IMG/VR virus record: IMGVR_UViG_3300040736_000076
Location: 1-50,155 of that record
DNA: 50,155 bases
Strand: one strand, 5' to 3'
Origin: a virus
Lineage: Duplodnaviria; Caudoviricetes
Part shown: positions 37,501 to 46,627 of the stretch, piece by piece
Numbering within the stretch: the first letter of the stretch is position 1
How the letters are laid out: each line of letters starts with the position of its first letter
Notes under the pieces: model-generated
Told to the model about the DNA's origin: nothing
Database searches by the model: none
Seen by the model: only the letters and a program-made list of their open reading frames with translations
Position numbers and translations under genes: made by a program

Positions 37501-37735
37501 CCACGCCCGCGAATACTGGAGACGATATGCGGCCCGCGCCCAGATCCGAGGTGATGCGCACCTCGAATTCGGCGTCGTCATGGCCGGTGTAGGAACCCGC
37601 GAGGCGCACCGAACCGGAACCCTGGCGGAGCGCCTTGCCCGGGAACACGGCGGCGGCCGGTTTGACCGAAGACGCGGTCAGGACTGCGCTTATCACCGCA
37701 TTGCGGTTATTTGAGAGGATGCGTTGAATGGACAT
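34556..37735 (-). CDS. Large tail protein (1059 aa) following the tape measure
   Basis: Position, repeated F..GD.F.F motifs, C-terminal discoidin-like segment. Confidence 0.75.
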   Translation of the reverse strand: MSIQRILSNNRNAVISAVLTASSVKPAAAVFPGKALRQGSGSVRLAGSYTGHDDAEFEVRITSDLGAGRISSPVFAGVGSGAMVDVSAADVPAQSVTVELVSLGTASRSAYLDFYGVQLIATRPGEPGNDVSLFVAEELTATPTNYSLLCEIKEGEDTFTGDAWEWSGITRTLLPDGTLPADCPRISFQGDSTVYRQYREYTAEGWEYHLTPAPAVAIAAGARVSVVTGTRIVTVSDGNVTEIYSGVVTLYDFLSALRLRSGLLTVQGVVSKNLSPGGMAALDLPLRTAARANPPGISGGWYELKDFADGLEVKAGAPTEIITLDYQGDSLWGVKGSVSGSLPAARTGVPYNDASSPVGFTIPAAAATQTSSLAKQTGAVRITAINYQSRDDDAGETEPPIIIAASKLGANGQPKNITATYRKNRKSANCEVDEAPVSFSAYCLGLSEGGDFMALDPAYASRLQALYQWRHDFITANTLSSGQPAVVTGYTLKFLRQYSGVVRTVVWDFDTYEAAQAAYEGQLTTGNIKVYPVIVNSKGGSGNFIAASADIAWMERCLSLLLRALETVYIYPTALALWDSLKNEVLSDLSVLTASALDDIVTVQESYLARYNSEIDLIYLAAGIVPGKSDGSDMSAGCWSDKGSEYYWELSDGYAPAFTDEPYYSTTIAGENTQEFAFVLACKCTQYLKEGDVVTISIAGASGTSSGSTSATITIPIIAGSARYLGGGVAGDDTLVWDVRGSVTAFPQLLMDASPARYQANGLAFTLGNGGIPFALGDKFSFSVEGGSFAWRKNGGEWSPGLPIGSAYLVDGLSAVFTPGAYPSFVTGDTFRFTARQPHSSANVATPSPEQWRWDSAGVTLVVNFGSATDIDSLALARHDLPPTASIIVEASSDGQNWNRLTTLSAAHPVITWIPAATVSPPLLRLTISTAGAIGWIFAGVALTTELAPETITLRKQYDLAHGPRDGAVYGGKGDAGKIEWRNFISKSEFDEHLTAVEYCKTNGDLPLVVIPHYLHPEEAMLVTIETDGIDIVDELQFHPNDAAQRMLSLSLPFAPVLQ

Positions 37736-37750
37736 GTGTTCCGTTCCACA

Positions 37751-37783
37751 AGACCTGCCAGGTTTTCAAAACCTGGCAGGTCT
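37751..37783. repeat. REP-like palindrome AGACCTGCCAGGTTT-N3-AAACCTGGCAGGTCT
   Basis: Three copies: 37751-37783, 48408-48440, 48574-48606. Confidence 0.85.
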
Positions 37784-37789
37784 GCCTTG

Positions 37790-40700
37790 TTATTTCTTCA
37801 ACTTCGTTACCTTCTCCAACACCGGCAACACTTCCCGCCGGACAGTGGCTTCATCGAGACGCTGGGGGTAAATGTTGACTATCTGGGTAACCCCCCCTTG
37901 GTCTTGCCCCTGGAACGGGGCCGCATCGGAAAAGGCACCGCCTGTCGCGAAATTCACTCGAGGCGTGGGAATATAGATGTAATCCTTCCACGCACTCGCC
38001 CTGGCCTTCAAGCGCTCCCATATCTGGCGCCCGGCGGCGCTCAAGGGGTCGTTGATACCGGCCATGAAGCCCCGGCCGATGTTGCTTTCCCAGAAACGAA
38101 CGGCCTCGTTTTTTATGCCCCACTCGCCGGAGCGGACCTTTACTATCAGGTTGTCCACCGGAGAATCCGGGCCGGGGAACCGTCCGCCGCCCGCGAATCC
38201 GGGGATCGTGCCGGTCGAAGTCGCTGAGGATTCCGCCGCGGCTTTCCTGGCCGCCTCGGTCTCTTCCTTGATGTTAGCCATTTTCCGTTTGTGGATTTCC
38301 TCCAGGAGATCGAGCGCCTCCCGGTATTCCTGGATGATAGCCGTATTCCCCGCCGTCTGCGCGTCGGCCAGCTTGGCGAGCAATTCGTCCTTCTTAGCCT
38401 GATAATCGCGCTCCTCGATGGCGGTCTTGTTGCCGAGCATCTCGTCCAGTTCGTCCTTGAGGTTTTCGACCGTGTCTTTCGCCTGTTCTTCGGCCTCTTT
38501 CAGGGATTCAGTGAGGCGGTCCACCTCGCTCCTGACCCCTTCCAGGTCGGCATCGTTGAGGAGGTCCATCTCCTTAACCAGCTCATTCGCGTGCTGAATC
38601 TGCCAGTCGGTGGCCAGCCCCATCTTTTTCAGCTGCTCGGTAAGCTCGGCAACGGCCAGGCGCTGGGAATAGTAGCGGTACGTGAGCTGCTCCGCCTTCT
38701 CGGCGTGCTCGCCCAGTGCGCTTGAAAACAGGCCCATATCACGTGACGCCTTGTCCGCCTGCAGCACGGCCTTCGCAACTTCTTCCAGCTTGTTCTTCAG
38801 CCTGTCGACGGTGTCGAGGGCCGCATCCGTGACGGTGACGCCGAACGCGGCCGCCACCTTCGGGCCGAGCGCGACCACCTTGTTCGTTATCGCGTCCCAT
38901 TGAGCGTAAAATCCTTCCGCAAAGCCGCGCAGCTCTGCCAGCGATTTTTCCGATTCCGCCCGGATCTCTTCCTCGCGCCGCTTTACTTGCGCGAGGTTTT
39001 CAGCGTTAATCCGGTCGTCAAGCGCCTTCTTCTTTTCGGTGTATTCCCGGTCGGCGGCGTATTTGTCGGCCAAGGCCTGTTTATACTCCACCGTGTCGGG
39101 CGTGGTGTTCTTTAGCGCGCGGGCCTTGAGATCCGCTATCTGACGGGCATAGTTTGTTTCCGCTTCAAACTTGTCGCGGGCTGCCTGCTTACAGGTGATA
39201 AGGCCGTCCCGTTCGCTGTCTTCCAGCCAGTCGAGCCGTTTCCGCAGTTCGAGCTGGTAGTCAAGGGAGGATTTTTCAAGCTGCTCCTTGCGCTCGGCTT
39301 CGGCCCGCTGCGTTACATTGGTCTGGGCGGAGGTCATCTTCGTGAACGCCGTTTCCTTGGCCTTTTGCGCGTCGATGAATTCCTTACTGTCCCGGCCATA
39401 GACTGCGGATATCTGTTCGAAGTTGCGTTGAGCGAGTTCGTATTCCCTCTTGGCTAAATCAGCCTGGATGGTTGCGATCTCTTTTTCGCCGTCGATTTCG
39501 GTCCGAGCTCTGTCGGCAATCTGTTTCCGGATCAGGGCGATTTTCTCGTTTCCTTCTGATTCGGCGATTTCCAGAGCGCGCTTTTTCTCCTCGTTCCCCA
39601 GGAGCGCACGCTTAACTGAATAGAGGTTCTGAACCTGGAAAACCGCCTTTTGCCTCTGTTCTTCCAAGGCGGCAAGATCGGCGCCAGATTCTCCAGCCTT
39701 GGCCTTTTGCGCCGCATAATACGACTCGACCTGTTTCAGCGCCTCAATATATTGCTGGTCCAGCGCGGCGCGGTCTTTTTCGCGCAGGGCGCCCAATGCG
39801 GAGAAATAGTCTTCATCAACTTTGAGCTGCTTTTTCCTGTCTTCCAGATTTTCCAGACTCTCCTTCGCATAGGCTTCCTTTTCCTGTTTTTGCCCATCCT
39901 CGACGATCTTTACGCGGGCTTTTCTGTGTTTCGCCAGGATTTTAAGATACGCATCAAAGTTGAAGCCCGCTTTATGAAGGGCTTCAACATCCGCTTTTTC
40001 ATCCGCATCTTGTTGGGAGAGCTTCTCCTGTGTCTTGCGCTTCAGCTCGTTTATCTGCTTTTCCGTGGAATCGCCCATGATTTCAACCAGCCGGTCTTCC
40101 CGGGCCTTGGCGTCGGCTACACCCTGCCGGGCATCGGCTTCCGCCTTGTCCTGCTCCTGTTTCCGCTTGGCGTGTTGCTCTTTGACTTCGCGATCAACTT
40201 TTCTAAGCTCGGATATCACGAGAATCGGGAAGGCAACTACGGCCATAGCAGCCAGTCCGGTTGCGCCTCCAACCGCCGCCAGCGCGCCGGACAAAAGGCG
40301 AGACGCCCCGGCCGCTGCCCTGGACCCGATGGTAGCAGCGCCCGCCGCAGCGGCGTAGCGGGTACCGGCGGCCGCTGCGGCCGCAGATGCTACCGCCTGT
40401 TCCGCTTCGGCTACCGCGAGCCCACGGCGTGCTTGCGCCTGAAGCATAAGGGAGGCAAACGCATCTTTATTCGCCTGAGCTTCAAGCAGTTGGACTCGTA
40501 ATTTGTCCAAGAGTGCTGTCTTTTCCGCTTCGACAGCGAGTGTCAAAGATAGTTCAGCCCGTTCCCTCAGCATCGCAGCTTTCACGCCATCAAGCATGAC
40601 CGCATTTCCCGCAAGCACGGCGAGCCTTAATTCCAACTGCCCGGCTGCGGCTGTAACTGCCGCGTTGCCGATGCGGCCGATAACCACGGCGGCGCCGACA

Positions 40701-41530
40701 CCGGCGAGAACCTGAACGGCGGTGGTGATGGCGCCGAAGTTCTCCGCGATAAGATTGAGGCCTTCGGTTATGCCGGGCAGTACCATATTGCCCATCTGCA
40801 ACTTTGCCCCTGTCACCGCGTTCGAGAAGTTATTGATCGCCCCCTGGCCCTTCTTAGCTGCCTCTTCCGCATCTTTCCCGAACGTCTTATGGAAGTAATC
40901 GCCTAGCTTCGGGAGGATATCGTTTGCCAGTGCGTCACCGCGGTTAATCATATCCAGGAGCTGCGCCTTGGTGATCCCCAAGCTGTTGGCGACAGCGTCC
41001 ATTGTTCCCGGCAGGGCCTCGGCCACGATGTTCAGGTCTTCAAGCGTGACCTTTCCCTTGCTGACCATCTGGGTCAACTGCCACATAACCCGCTCAGAGG
41101 TTTCGGCGGGCAGACGTTGCGCGGCTATCGCCTCGGCCACACCCAGCCAGATACGGCGGGACTTTTCACCTTCCATACTGCCGTTTTTCGTGGAGGCGAT
41201 GAAACTGGAGTAAGAATTGGCTGAGGTAACGATCTCAAGGCCCAGGCGCTTTGATGCATCCCGGATAAAATCCATCTCTTTTGCGGCGAGACCGGCGGAA
41301 CCGGTTACGGTCTTGAGGCGGGTATCTAGGGCATCGAACTTTAAGGCAGTGTCGACAACGGGTTTAATCGCGGCCAAGACCGTGTCAATAGCGGATTTCA
41401 CCTGGTTGAAGGCAAAGGAGATCGCCGTGACACGTGCGGCCAGGGAGTCGAACGATCCGCTGATCGCCCGGACTACCCCGGTTGACTCGTCTCTGGTGGA
41501 GACGACTATTTCGACTCTGTTATCGGGCAT
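37790..41530 (-). CDS. Tail tape measure protein (1246 aa)
   Basis: QLTQMVSKGKVTLEDL tape-measure domain, coiled coil, GFAGGG/RSGEW motif. Confidence 0.93.
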   Translation of the reverse strand: MPDNRVEIVVSTRDESTGVVRAISGSFDSLAARVTAISFAFNQVKSAIDTVLAAIKPVVDTALKFDALDTRLKTVTGSAGLAAKEMDFIRDASKRLGLEIVTSANSYSSFIASTKNGSMEGEKSRRIWLGVAEAIAAQRLPAETSERVMWQLTQMVSKGKVTLEDLNIVAEALPGTMDAVANSLGITKAQLLDMINRGDALANDILPKLGDYFHKTFGKDAEEAAKKGQGAINNFSNAVTGAKLQMGNMVLPGITEGLNLIAENFGAITTAVQVLAGVGAAVVIGRIGNAAVTAAAGQLELRLAVLAGNAVMLDGVKAAMLRERAELSLTLAVEAEKTALLDKLRVQLLEAQANKDAFASLMLQAQARRGLAVAEAEQAVASAAAAAAGTRYAAAAGAATIGSRAAAGASRLLSGALAAVGGATGLAAMAVVAFPILVISELRKVDREVKEQHAKRKQEQDKAEADARQGVADAKAREDRLVEIMGDSTEKQINELKRKTQEKLSQQDADEKADVEALHKAGFNFDAYLKILAKHRKARVKIVEDGQKQEKEAYAKESLENLEDRKKQLKVDEDYFSALGALREKDRAALDQQYIEALKQVESYYAAQKAKAGESGADLAALEEQRQKAVFQVQNLYSVKRALLGNEEKKRALEIAESEGNEKIALIRKQIADRARTEIDGEKEIATIQADLAKREYELAQRNFEQISAVYGRDSKEFIDAQKAKETAFTKMTSAQTNVTQRAEAERKEQLEKSSLDYQLELRKRLDWLEDSERDGLITCKQAARDKFEAETNYARQIADLKARALKNTTPDTVEYKQALADKYAADREYTEKKKALDDRINAENLAQVKRREEEIRAESEKSLAELRGFAEGFYAQWDAITNKVVALGPKVAAAFGVTVTDAALDTVDRLKNKLEEVAKAVLQADKASRDMGLFSSALGEHAEKAEQLTYRYYSQRLAVAELTEQLKKMGLATDWQIQHANELVKEMDLLNDADLEGVRSEVDRLTESLKEAEEQAKDTVENLKDELDEMLGNKTAIEERDYQAKKDELLAKLADAQTAGNTAIIQEYREALDLLEEIHKRKMANIKEETEAARKAAAESSATSTGTIPGFAGGGRFPGPDSPVDNLIVKVRSGEWGIKNEAVRFWESNIGRGFMAGINDPLSAAGRQIWERLKARASAWKDYIYIPTPRVNFATGGAFSDAAPFQGQDQGGVTQIVNIYPQRLDEATVRREVLPVLEKVTKLKK

Positions 41531-41549
41531 TAGTGATTATTGTCCGGTT

Positions 41550-42122
41550 CTAGACTATACGCATTATAGTGAATTTTGAACCTACCCCTAACAGGTTGTA
41601 GCTGCCGGACTGAAACTTCAGGGTTGTAATTCCATAAATGGCAGCGGTGCGGATAAATGACCTTATATCATAGGTAAATACGGCTAGATCAGAACGTAAA
41701 GAATTTTTGAACGCCATTACTGACATAAATCCTGTCGGCAGCAGTGATAAGGTAGCCTCAATTAATATTACTGCAAAACCTGACGAAACTCCTTCATTGA
41801 TGTATCCAATTGAACTATACGAACCATAATCAGTGGTAAATGAAACTTGATTTCTTTCAATATGATTCAGCCTATAATTTGAATTAGTATCATCGCCTTG
41901 AAACAAACATAAGTCGCTTCCAGTCGTCATATTATTTTTAATTTGACAGAATATTTTATATATTTCTCCAGGTTGAATATTTAGGTCATTTACTACTACA
42001 AGGTTTGTATCTGAACCCGCTACAGTCATAGACCACACAATAGGACTGCCGGATTCTAGTGGAGATATAAACATATCTCCAGAACTCATCCTTCTGCATA
42101 CACTCAATATCCCCTTATTCAT
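41550..42122 (-). CDS. AT-rich hypothetical protein, possible receptor-binding module
   Basis: Visibly lower GC than flanks, beta-rich, ends GSKFTIMRI. Confidence 0.6.
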   Translation of the reverse strand: MNKGILSVCRRMSSGDMFISPLESGSPIVWSMTVAGSDTNLVVVNDLNIQPGEIYKIFCQIKNNMTTGSDLCLFQGDDTNSNYRLNHIERNQVSFTTDYGSYSSIGYINEGVSSGFAVILIEATLSLLPTGFMSVMAFKNSLRSDLAVFTYDIRSFIRTAAIYGITTLKFQSGSYNLLGVGSKFTIMRIV

Positions 42123-42124
42123 TA

Positions 42125-42508
42125 TTACATATCTCCGGCTCTGATAACTATCACGTTAAATGTCTCCGCGTTATGTGTGGACGCCTGCAATTTCCACCCT
42201 GATTTCAAAATTAAGGCCATATCGCGGAAAGAGTAGGACCATACAGCAGTCGACGCAGATGGCGTTACGGGTGTAACGAGCACCTCCCGCCATAATCGTG
42301 AAGTGGTCCCGTCGTTAATAAACAACCTCACGACGCCAGCCGTAGTCGTCCCGGTCGCCACTATAGAAATATCGTCTATTCGTGAGCCGTTTGATCCGGC
42401 CGTAAAAACGTTGACAATAGTCCCTGTCCCGTCCCTCGACGTATTCGAAGCACTAATCTGCGCCATTGCGGTTGCTGGAGTTGCCGCGTATTGAGCCGTT
42501 GCGCTCAT
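42125..42508 (-). CDS. Putative virion structural protein
   Basis: NTSRDGTGT...TAGSNGSRID motif, Thr/Ala-rich. Confidence 0.65.
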   Translation of the reverse strand: MSATAQYAATPATAMAQISASNTSRDGTGTIVNVFTAGSNGSRIDDISIVATGTTTAGVVRLFINDGTTSRLWREVLVTPVTPSASTAVWSYSFRDMALILKSGWKLQASTHNAETFNVIVIRAGDM

Positions 42509-42747
42509 CAGATTACCCCCATGCTCTGAAGCATAAAATCAGGGACGGATGCTCCGGAGCCGGTGGCGGCATCCCCCCATTCAGTATCGTAATCGGTGGC
42601 CGATTTCTTTTTCAGCACCTGCCCGGTAGCACCTCCAGCTGGCACGCCGGCTCCTGTGTCACCGGTCCCCCCCTTCGGCCCCTGTTCGGCCATTTCAGCC
42701 AGGATCGTCTCGTCATCCTCAAACAATACGATGATTTCATCATCCAT
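42508..42747 (-). CDS. Short fibre/collagen-like protein
   Basis: GPKGGTGDTG and GVPAGGATGQVLKKKSATDYDTEW tail-fibre repeat. Confidence 0.7.
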   Translation of the reverse strand: MDDEIIVLFEDDETILAEMAEQGPKGGTGDTGAGVPAGGATGQVLKKKSATDYDTEWGDAATGSGASVPDFMLQSMGVI

Positions 42748-42750
42748 ATA

Positions 42751-43077
42751 TCACCCCGGCAAAACGTGAAAGCGGCAACGCGGTCGCTTTATTACGCTTC
42801 CGCCGTCCAGCCTGATGAGAGAGGTAAATACATGCTCACCGGGAGGTATCTCCTTCGAGCTTGCCTCGTCCAGTACGCAAACATAAACTCCCCCGTCCAG
42901 GTCGTACGGTTCGATTACCAATGTTTTCAAGGCAGTCGGCGACGCCCACGTCCGCTTAATCTCCGCCATGATGACCGCGCCGGTCAGTGGGTAGGGGTCT
43001 CCGGTCCTCTTATTCCGTATCCGCACCCGCAGCTGGAGCGTCTCTCCCTGGACGATGGTGATTATCGGTTCATCCAC
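42751..43077 (-). CDS. BppU-like baseplate/fibre-anchoring protein
   Basis: IVQGET...PYPLTGA motif. Confidence 0.55.
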   Translation of the reverse strand: MDEPIITIVQGETLQLRVRIRNKRTGDPYPLTGAVIMAEIKRTWASPTALKTLVIEPYDLDGGVYVCVLDEASSKEIPPGEHVFTSLIRLDGGSVIKRPRCRFHVLPG

Positions 43078-43576
43078 TGCTCAAATCCCTTCGCGTCCGC
43101 GTGATACGCCATGCGGACCGCAGCCGCCACGCGCTTCACGGCGTCTTCATCGTGCCGGTAAACAGCCTGTAAAGCCTCTATGAAGAAGCCGTATCCGTAT
43201 CCCCAGACATTTTGTCCGTGGCCTCGCTCAATAAGGAGAAATAGAGCGTCGAGAAGGTCCGCGCGGCTGAATTTTTCAGATCTTCGAGGACGCCCTTCAG
43301 CCCCAGCGCGCCCGCTGCCCCGAAAAAAACCGCGTTCACCCGCTTAAACGCCTCCCACACGGCCTCCAGTTCCGACGGCGCCAGCTCTTGCAGCTCCTCC
43401 ACCGGACAATCCACCGCCAGGGGCAGAACCTCCGTTGCCTTGCGGATAACCTCCGACACGGTCACCGCGCCGAGCCTGCCGTCCTCGCCCCGGATGAGGG
43501 ACAGGATATCCTTTACCTTCAGTTCCGAGACGGTGATTTTCCTGCCGTCGATCTCGATTACTTCGTGCTTGCGCAT
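43062..43576 (-). CDS. Tail assembly chaperone G (43178-43576) and -1 frameshift product GT (to 43062)
   Basis: Slippery T TTT TTC at 43328-43322, and the -1 frame is open to ...LIERGHGQNVWGYGYGFF...WMNR*. Confidence 0.8.
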
Positions 43577-43613
43577 AGTCTGTTCTCCGTGGTTAACCTT
43601 TGAGGGTTGATAA

Positions 43614-44408
43614 TTACGCCTCCATAATCTCCCGGAAGTACTTGCTGCCGGTAGTCCGGGTGAGATCCAGCTGGGCGGAACCTTCAAGGGAAATCTGCCC
43701 CCAGCTGTCGCCGATAAGGGAGAGCTCTTTCAGCGGGTCGCTGGAGAATTTAAAAACCTCCACCACTACCGCCTTGTTGTCCTCGGAAGTATTCATCCCC
43801 TCGAAGCGCAGCCGGTAATCCTTCGCCCCCTCCGTCATAGCGTCGACGGTTTCCTGGGCCGCGTAGGAGTAACTGATTTCCAGGTTGTCCTCGTCGGCGA
43901 TGTTGGCCACGGCGCCACGGGCGGTTTGCTCGGCGGCGGTAAGGATGTTGATACTCCCGGCCTCTGGATTCACCGTATAGTTCTTGTCCGCCTCGTAGGT
44001 AACCGGAGTGGCGTCGTCCGATTTCACCACTACGCTGGACACCTTGACATGCGCGAGCGCAATGGTTTTCCCGAGGTACGCGATAACCGGCTCGTCGGTT
44101 GCGGTTCCGGCAGCCACAGCAGCGGCCGTACCCCTTAGCGCCCGGGCCAGATTCTCCTTGTTCAACGACTCGATAATCGCTGAAACAGTAACCTTGGTCT
44201 CCTTGGTGCGGCGCTTGTCAATGCCGCCCTGGCCGGTGGTTGATTCCTTGTGCTCTTCCACGGTCACGGCTACCGACATCTTCAATTCCGGGCAGTTCCC
44301 CACGTGGGTGTAACCCTTGGCCGCCCCGGTTGTCGCGTCGCGTTCGGCGATGAGCAGCGCCCCCTGGCCGGTATAATATTTCGATTCAACGAGATTCTGC
44401 GCGGGCAT
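43614..44408 (-). CDS. Major tail tube protein (non-contractile tail)
   Basis: YYTGQG...GNCPELK...EHKES motifs, no sheath gene present. Confidence 0.85.
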   Translation of the reverse strand: MPAQNLVESKYYTGQGALLIAERDATTGAAKGYTHVGNCPELKMSVAVTVEEHKESTTGQGGIDKRRTKETKVTVSAIIESLNKENLARALRGTAAAVAAGTATDEPVIAYLGKTIALAHVKVSSVVVKSDDATPVTYEADKNYTVNPEAGSINILTAAEQTARGAVANIADEDNLEISYSYAAQETVDAMTEGAKDYRLRFEGMNTSEDNKAVVVEVFKFSSDPLKELSLIGDSWGQISLEGSAQLDLTRTTGSKYFREIMEA

Positions 44409-44423
44409 ATATGCCTCCTTTTT

Positions 44424-44502
44424 CGTTGTCCGTCGTCCGTGTCCGTGTCCGTTAAAACCCGAAAAGCACCTTTACGGACACGGACAACGGACACGGACAA
44501 CG
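44424..44502. repeat. Inverted GTCCGT/ACGGAC short-repeat hairpin
   Basis: CGTTGTCCGTCGTCCGTGTCCGTGTCCGT...ACGGACACGGACAACGGACACGGACAACG, with a related half at ~48371-48400. Confidence 0.75.
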
Positions 44503-44506
44503 GTTT

Positions 44507-44923
44507 TCACGTTATTCCCAATTCCGTCAGCTTCTCCCTCAGCCTGTCCTCGCCCACCGGCGCGGCCGGGCTCGATGTCGTAAAAACAATGTCGTATTCC
44601 CAGATCCCCTGTTTCTCCTCCACAAACTCGTCACCGGCGTACTCGAACCGGGAACAACCCGGGATCTGCCAGCCGTTCACAATCAGCCGCGCCGCCTCCA
44701 GGAAGAGGAGCGCGTCCCCTTCGAACCTGGCCACGGCCCGGATTGCTATCCTGGGGCGCCGTCCCTTGTCGGGGTCGCTCCCGGCGTAGTGGACCAACAG
44801 CGCGCCGCGCGGGTGGCGTAGCCGGTAATCGCCCGGCATGTCCGGGAAGGTGGCGATTTCAAGGCCGGTTATATACGCCTTCAAGCGCCCTGTTACGTGG
44901 TTGACGATTTCGTGGACGAACAT
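44507..44923 (-). CDS. Mu gp37-like tail terminator/neck protein
   Basis: FPDMPGDYRLRHPRGALLVHYAGS motif, position after gp36. Confidence 0.8.
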   Translation of the reverse strand: MFVHEIVNHVTGRLKAYITGLEIATFPDMPGDYRLRHPRGALLVHYAGSDPDKGRRPRIAIRAVARFEGDALLFLEAARLIVNGWQIPGCSRFEYAGDEFVEEKQGIWEYDIVFTTSSPAAPVGEDRLREKLTELGIT

Positions 44924-45351
44924 CAGAACCCCTTCAGACTGTCTTTCGTAAATACCGGGTCCGGAGTCGTGAACCGGGGCAGATCCGCCGGGGCCTGGGT
45001 TACGGTGTCCTCGGCCGCGCCGATTGTTACCGTGCCTTTAGCGATATTCTCCAGCACACGAACCGCGGCATTATATCGGTCTGTGCGCACCTTGGGCGGT
45101 TCGCTGTCCCGTCGGGAGAACAGGTTGTAAATACTGATATCCACCGCCAGCTTGTTGATGATGGAGGGTACAGGCTCGAACGGAACGTCGTACCGCTTGC
45201 GGCAGTACCCGTCTATCTCGCTCCCGGCGTCGGCTATCGCCTTGTCGACATTTTCCATGACGACCGCCCCGGTCAGGTCATCATCGGTGAGCTGTATGAT
45301 GACCGCATCCGGAAGCTGCTTTTTGATTTCGCCATATGTACAGTACTGCAC
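44923..45351 (-). CDS. Mu gp36 (DUF1320) head-tail connector
   Basis: MQYCT...LTDDD...AIADAGSEIDGY...RY motif. Confidence 0.9.
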   Translation of the reverse strand: MQYCTYGEIKKQLPDAVIIQLTDDDLTGAVVMENVDKAIADAGSEIDGYCRKRYDVPFEPVPSIINKLAVDISIYNLFSRRDSEPPKVRTDRYNAAVRVLENIAKGTVTIGAAEDTVTQAPADLPRFTTPDPVFTKDSLKGF

Positions 45352-45361
45352 GATGTCTCCC

Positions 45362-45402
45362 GAAGGGGACAGGCCCTTTACCCCTCAAGGGCATGTCCCC
45401 TT
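45362..45402. repeat. Palindrome GAAGGGGACAGGCCCTT/AAGGGCATGTCCCCTTC (REP-like or terminator)
   Basis: Inverted repeat right after the capsid gene. Confidence 0.6.
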
Positions 45403-45415
45403 CACTTCTTCAGTT

Positions 45416-46534
45416 CTACGCGGTTACCGTTGCATCGCAGATACCGTCAACGTTCGGGATCGGGAACGGCTTGGATTCGGCGACAAGCTGGTACCCGCTC
45501 GGGTTATCGGTCTTGATAGGCTTGACGAAGAAGGGGAGCGGTTGCAGGTTGCCGTCCAGGTCGTCAATGGCGCAGTACGGCATCTGGTGCCCCGCGTCCA
45601 GAGCGATCATCTTGACGGTCTTGGCGGTGACCACCGGGATCATCGCCTTGGTCTGCGGGTTGTAGTACAGCTCGTCCCGGGGCTTGACCAGATACCCGCC
45701 GACATTGATGCCCTGATCGGAGATGGCCACGGTCATCTGGGCCGTAGAGACGAAACCCTCGGCCAGGGCGAACAGGGCGTTAAAGGCTGCCTCACTCGCC
45801 CAGGTCTCGACGCGGCCTCCGTATCCCTTCTCTTTCAGCTTCTTGTGCATGGCGCGCAGGGTCAGGAATACGTCCTTGATTTTGGCGTCGCCGGCGTCCC
45901 ACTTCTTGGACGGGGTATACGTCTGGATCGAGCCGAAGGCCACGGTATAGGTTTCGAAACCGCCGCCTTCGAGCTGCACCGGCCAGGAAAGTGTTCCGGT
46001 CAGGGAAACGGCGCACATCGCCTCGGTGGTGGCCCGGACCGTCCGCCGCAGGATGTCGGTCTTTCCCTGCGCCCAGACAGACAGAGACGCCTGGTCTCCC
46101 TGGATGACCTTCAGGTTGTTGAGGTCCGCGCCGGTGACGCCGATGTCAGGATGGATCGGGAACGGCTCATAGAAGCCGGTCGACCCGGTAGCGCCGGCAA
46201 TGGTGATGGAGTGCCCGCCCCGCCGCGCCAGGGGCATGGCCTTCACCACGGCCCGCACCAGATCGGCGCCGATGAGCGGCAGAGGCTGCTGGGGACGGGA
46301 CGTGTACACCGTGTCCATGACCGGCGTTTCGAGCACGGGCAGCTGTGTCAGGTAATTAATTATGGCCTCGCGGGTAAACAGGCCGCGGATGTTGATGAAG
46401 CCAAAGGCCAAGAGCGGCAAGGCGGGCATAACCTCTTTTCCTCCGGCTGCCATGGCCGGGGCTCCGGGAAACAGGACAACGGCCAACAGTATGAGGCAGA
46501 GCCATACGGAAAGAATGCCGAAAAAGCGTTTCAT
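45416..46534 (-). CDS. Major capsid protein (lambda E-like family), alternative start at 46429
   Basis: RATTEAMCAVSLTG, ESKPFPIP C-terminal motif, position after protease and decoration genes. Confidence 0.88.
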   Translation of the reverse strand: MKRFFGILSVWLCLILLAVVLFPGAPAMAAGGKEVMPALPLLAFGFINIRGLFTREAIINYLTQLPVLETPVMDTVYTSRPQQPLPLIGADLVRAVVKAMPLARRGGHSITIAGATGSTGFYEPFPIHPDIGVTGADLNNLKVIQGDQASLSVWAQGKTDILRRTVRATTEAMCAVSLTGTLSWPVQLEGGGFETYTVAFGSIQTYTPSKKWDAGDAKIKDVFLTLRAMHKKLKEKGYGGRVETWASEAAFNALFALAEGFVSTAQMTVAISDQGINVGGYLVKPRDELYYNPQTKAMIPVVTAKTVKMIALDAGHQMPYCAIDDLDGNLQPLPFFVKPIKTDNPSGYQLVAESKPFPIPNVDGICDATVTA

Positions 46535-46546
46535 GATGTTCCTCCT

Positions 46547-46619
46547 GTAGGGGCGCTGCTTGCCGCGCCCTCGTTCAATGATTGGATTCGATCAAGGGCG
46601 CAGCGAGCAGCGCCCGTAC
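46547..46619. repeat. GTAG-type REP doublet (REPIN-like)
   Basis: GTAGGGGCGCTGCTTGCCGCGCCCT ... AGGGCGCAGCGAGCAGCGCCCGTAC inverted pair. Confidence 0.75.
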
Positions 46620-46627
46620 GGAAAATG

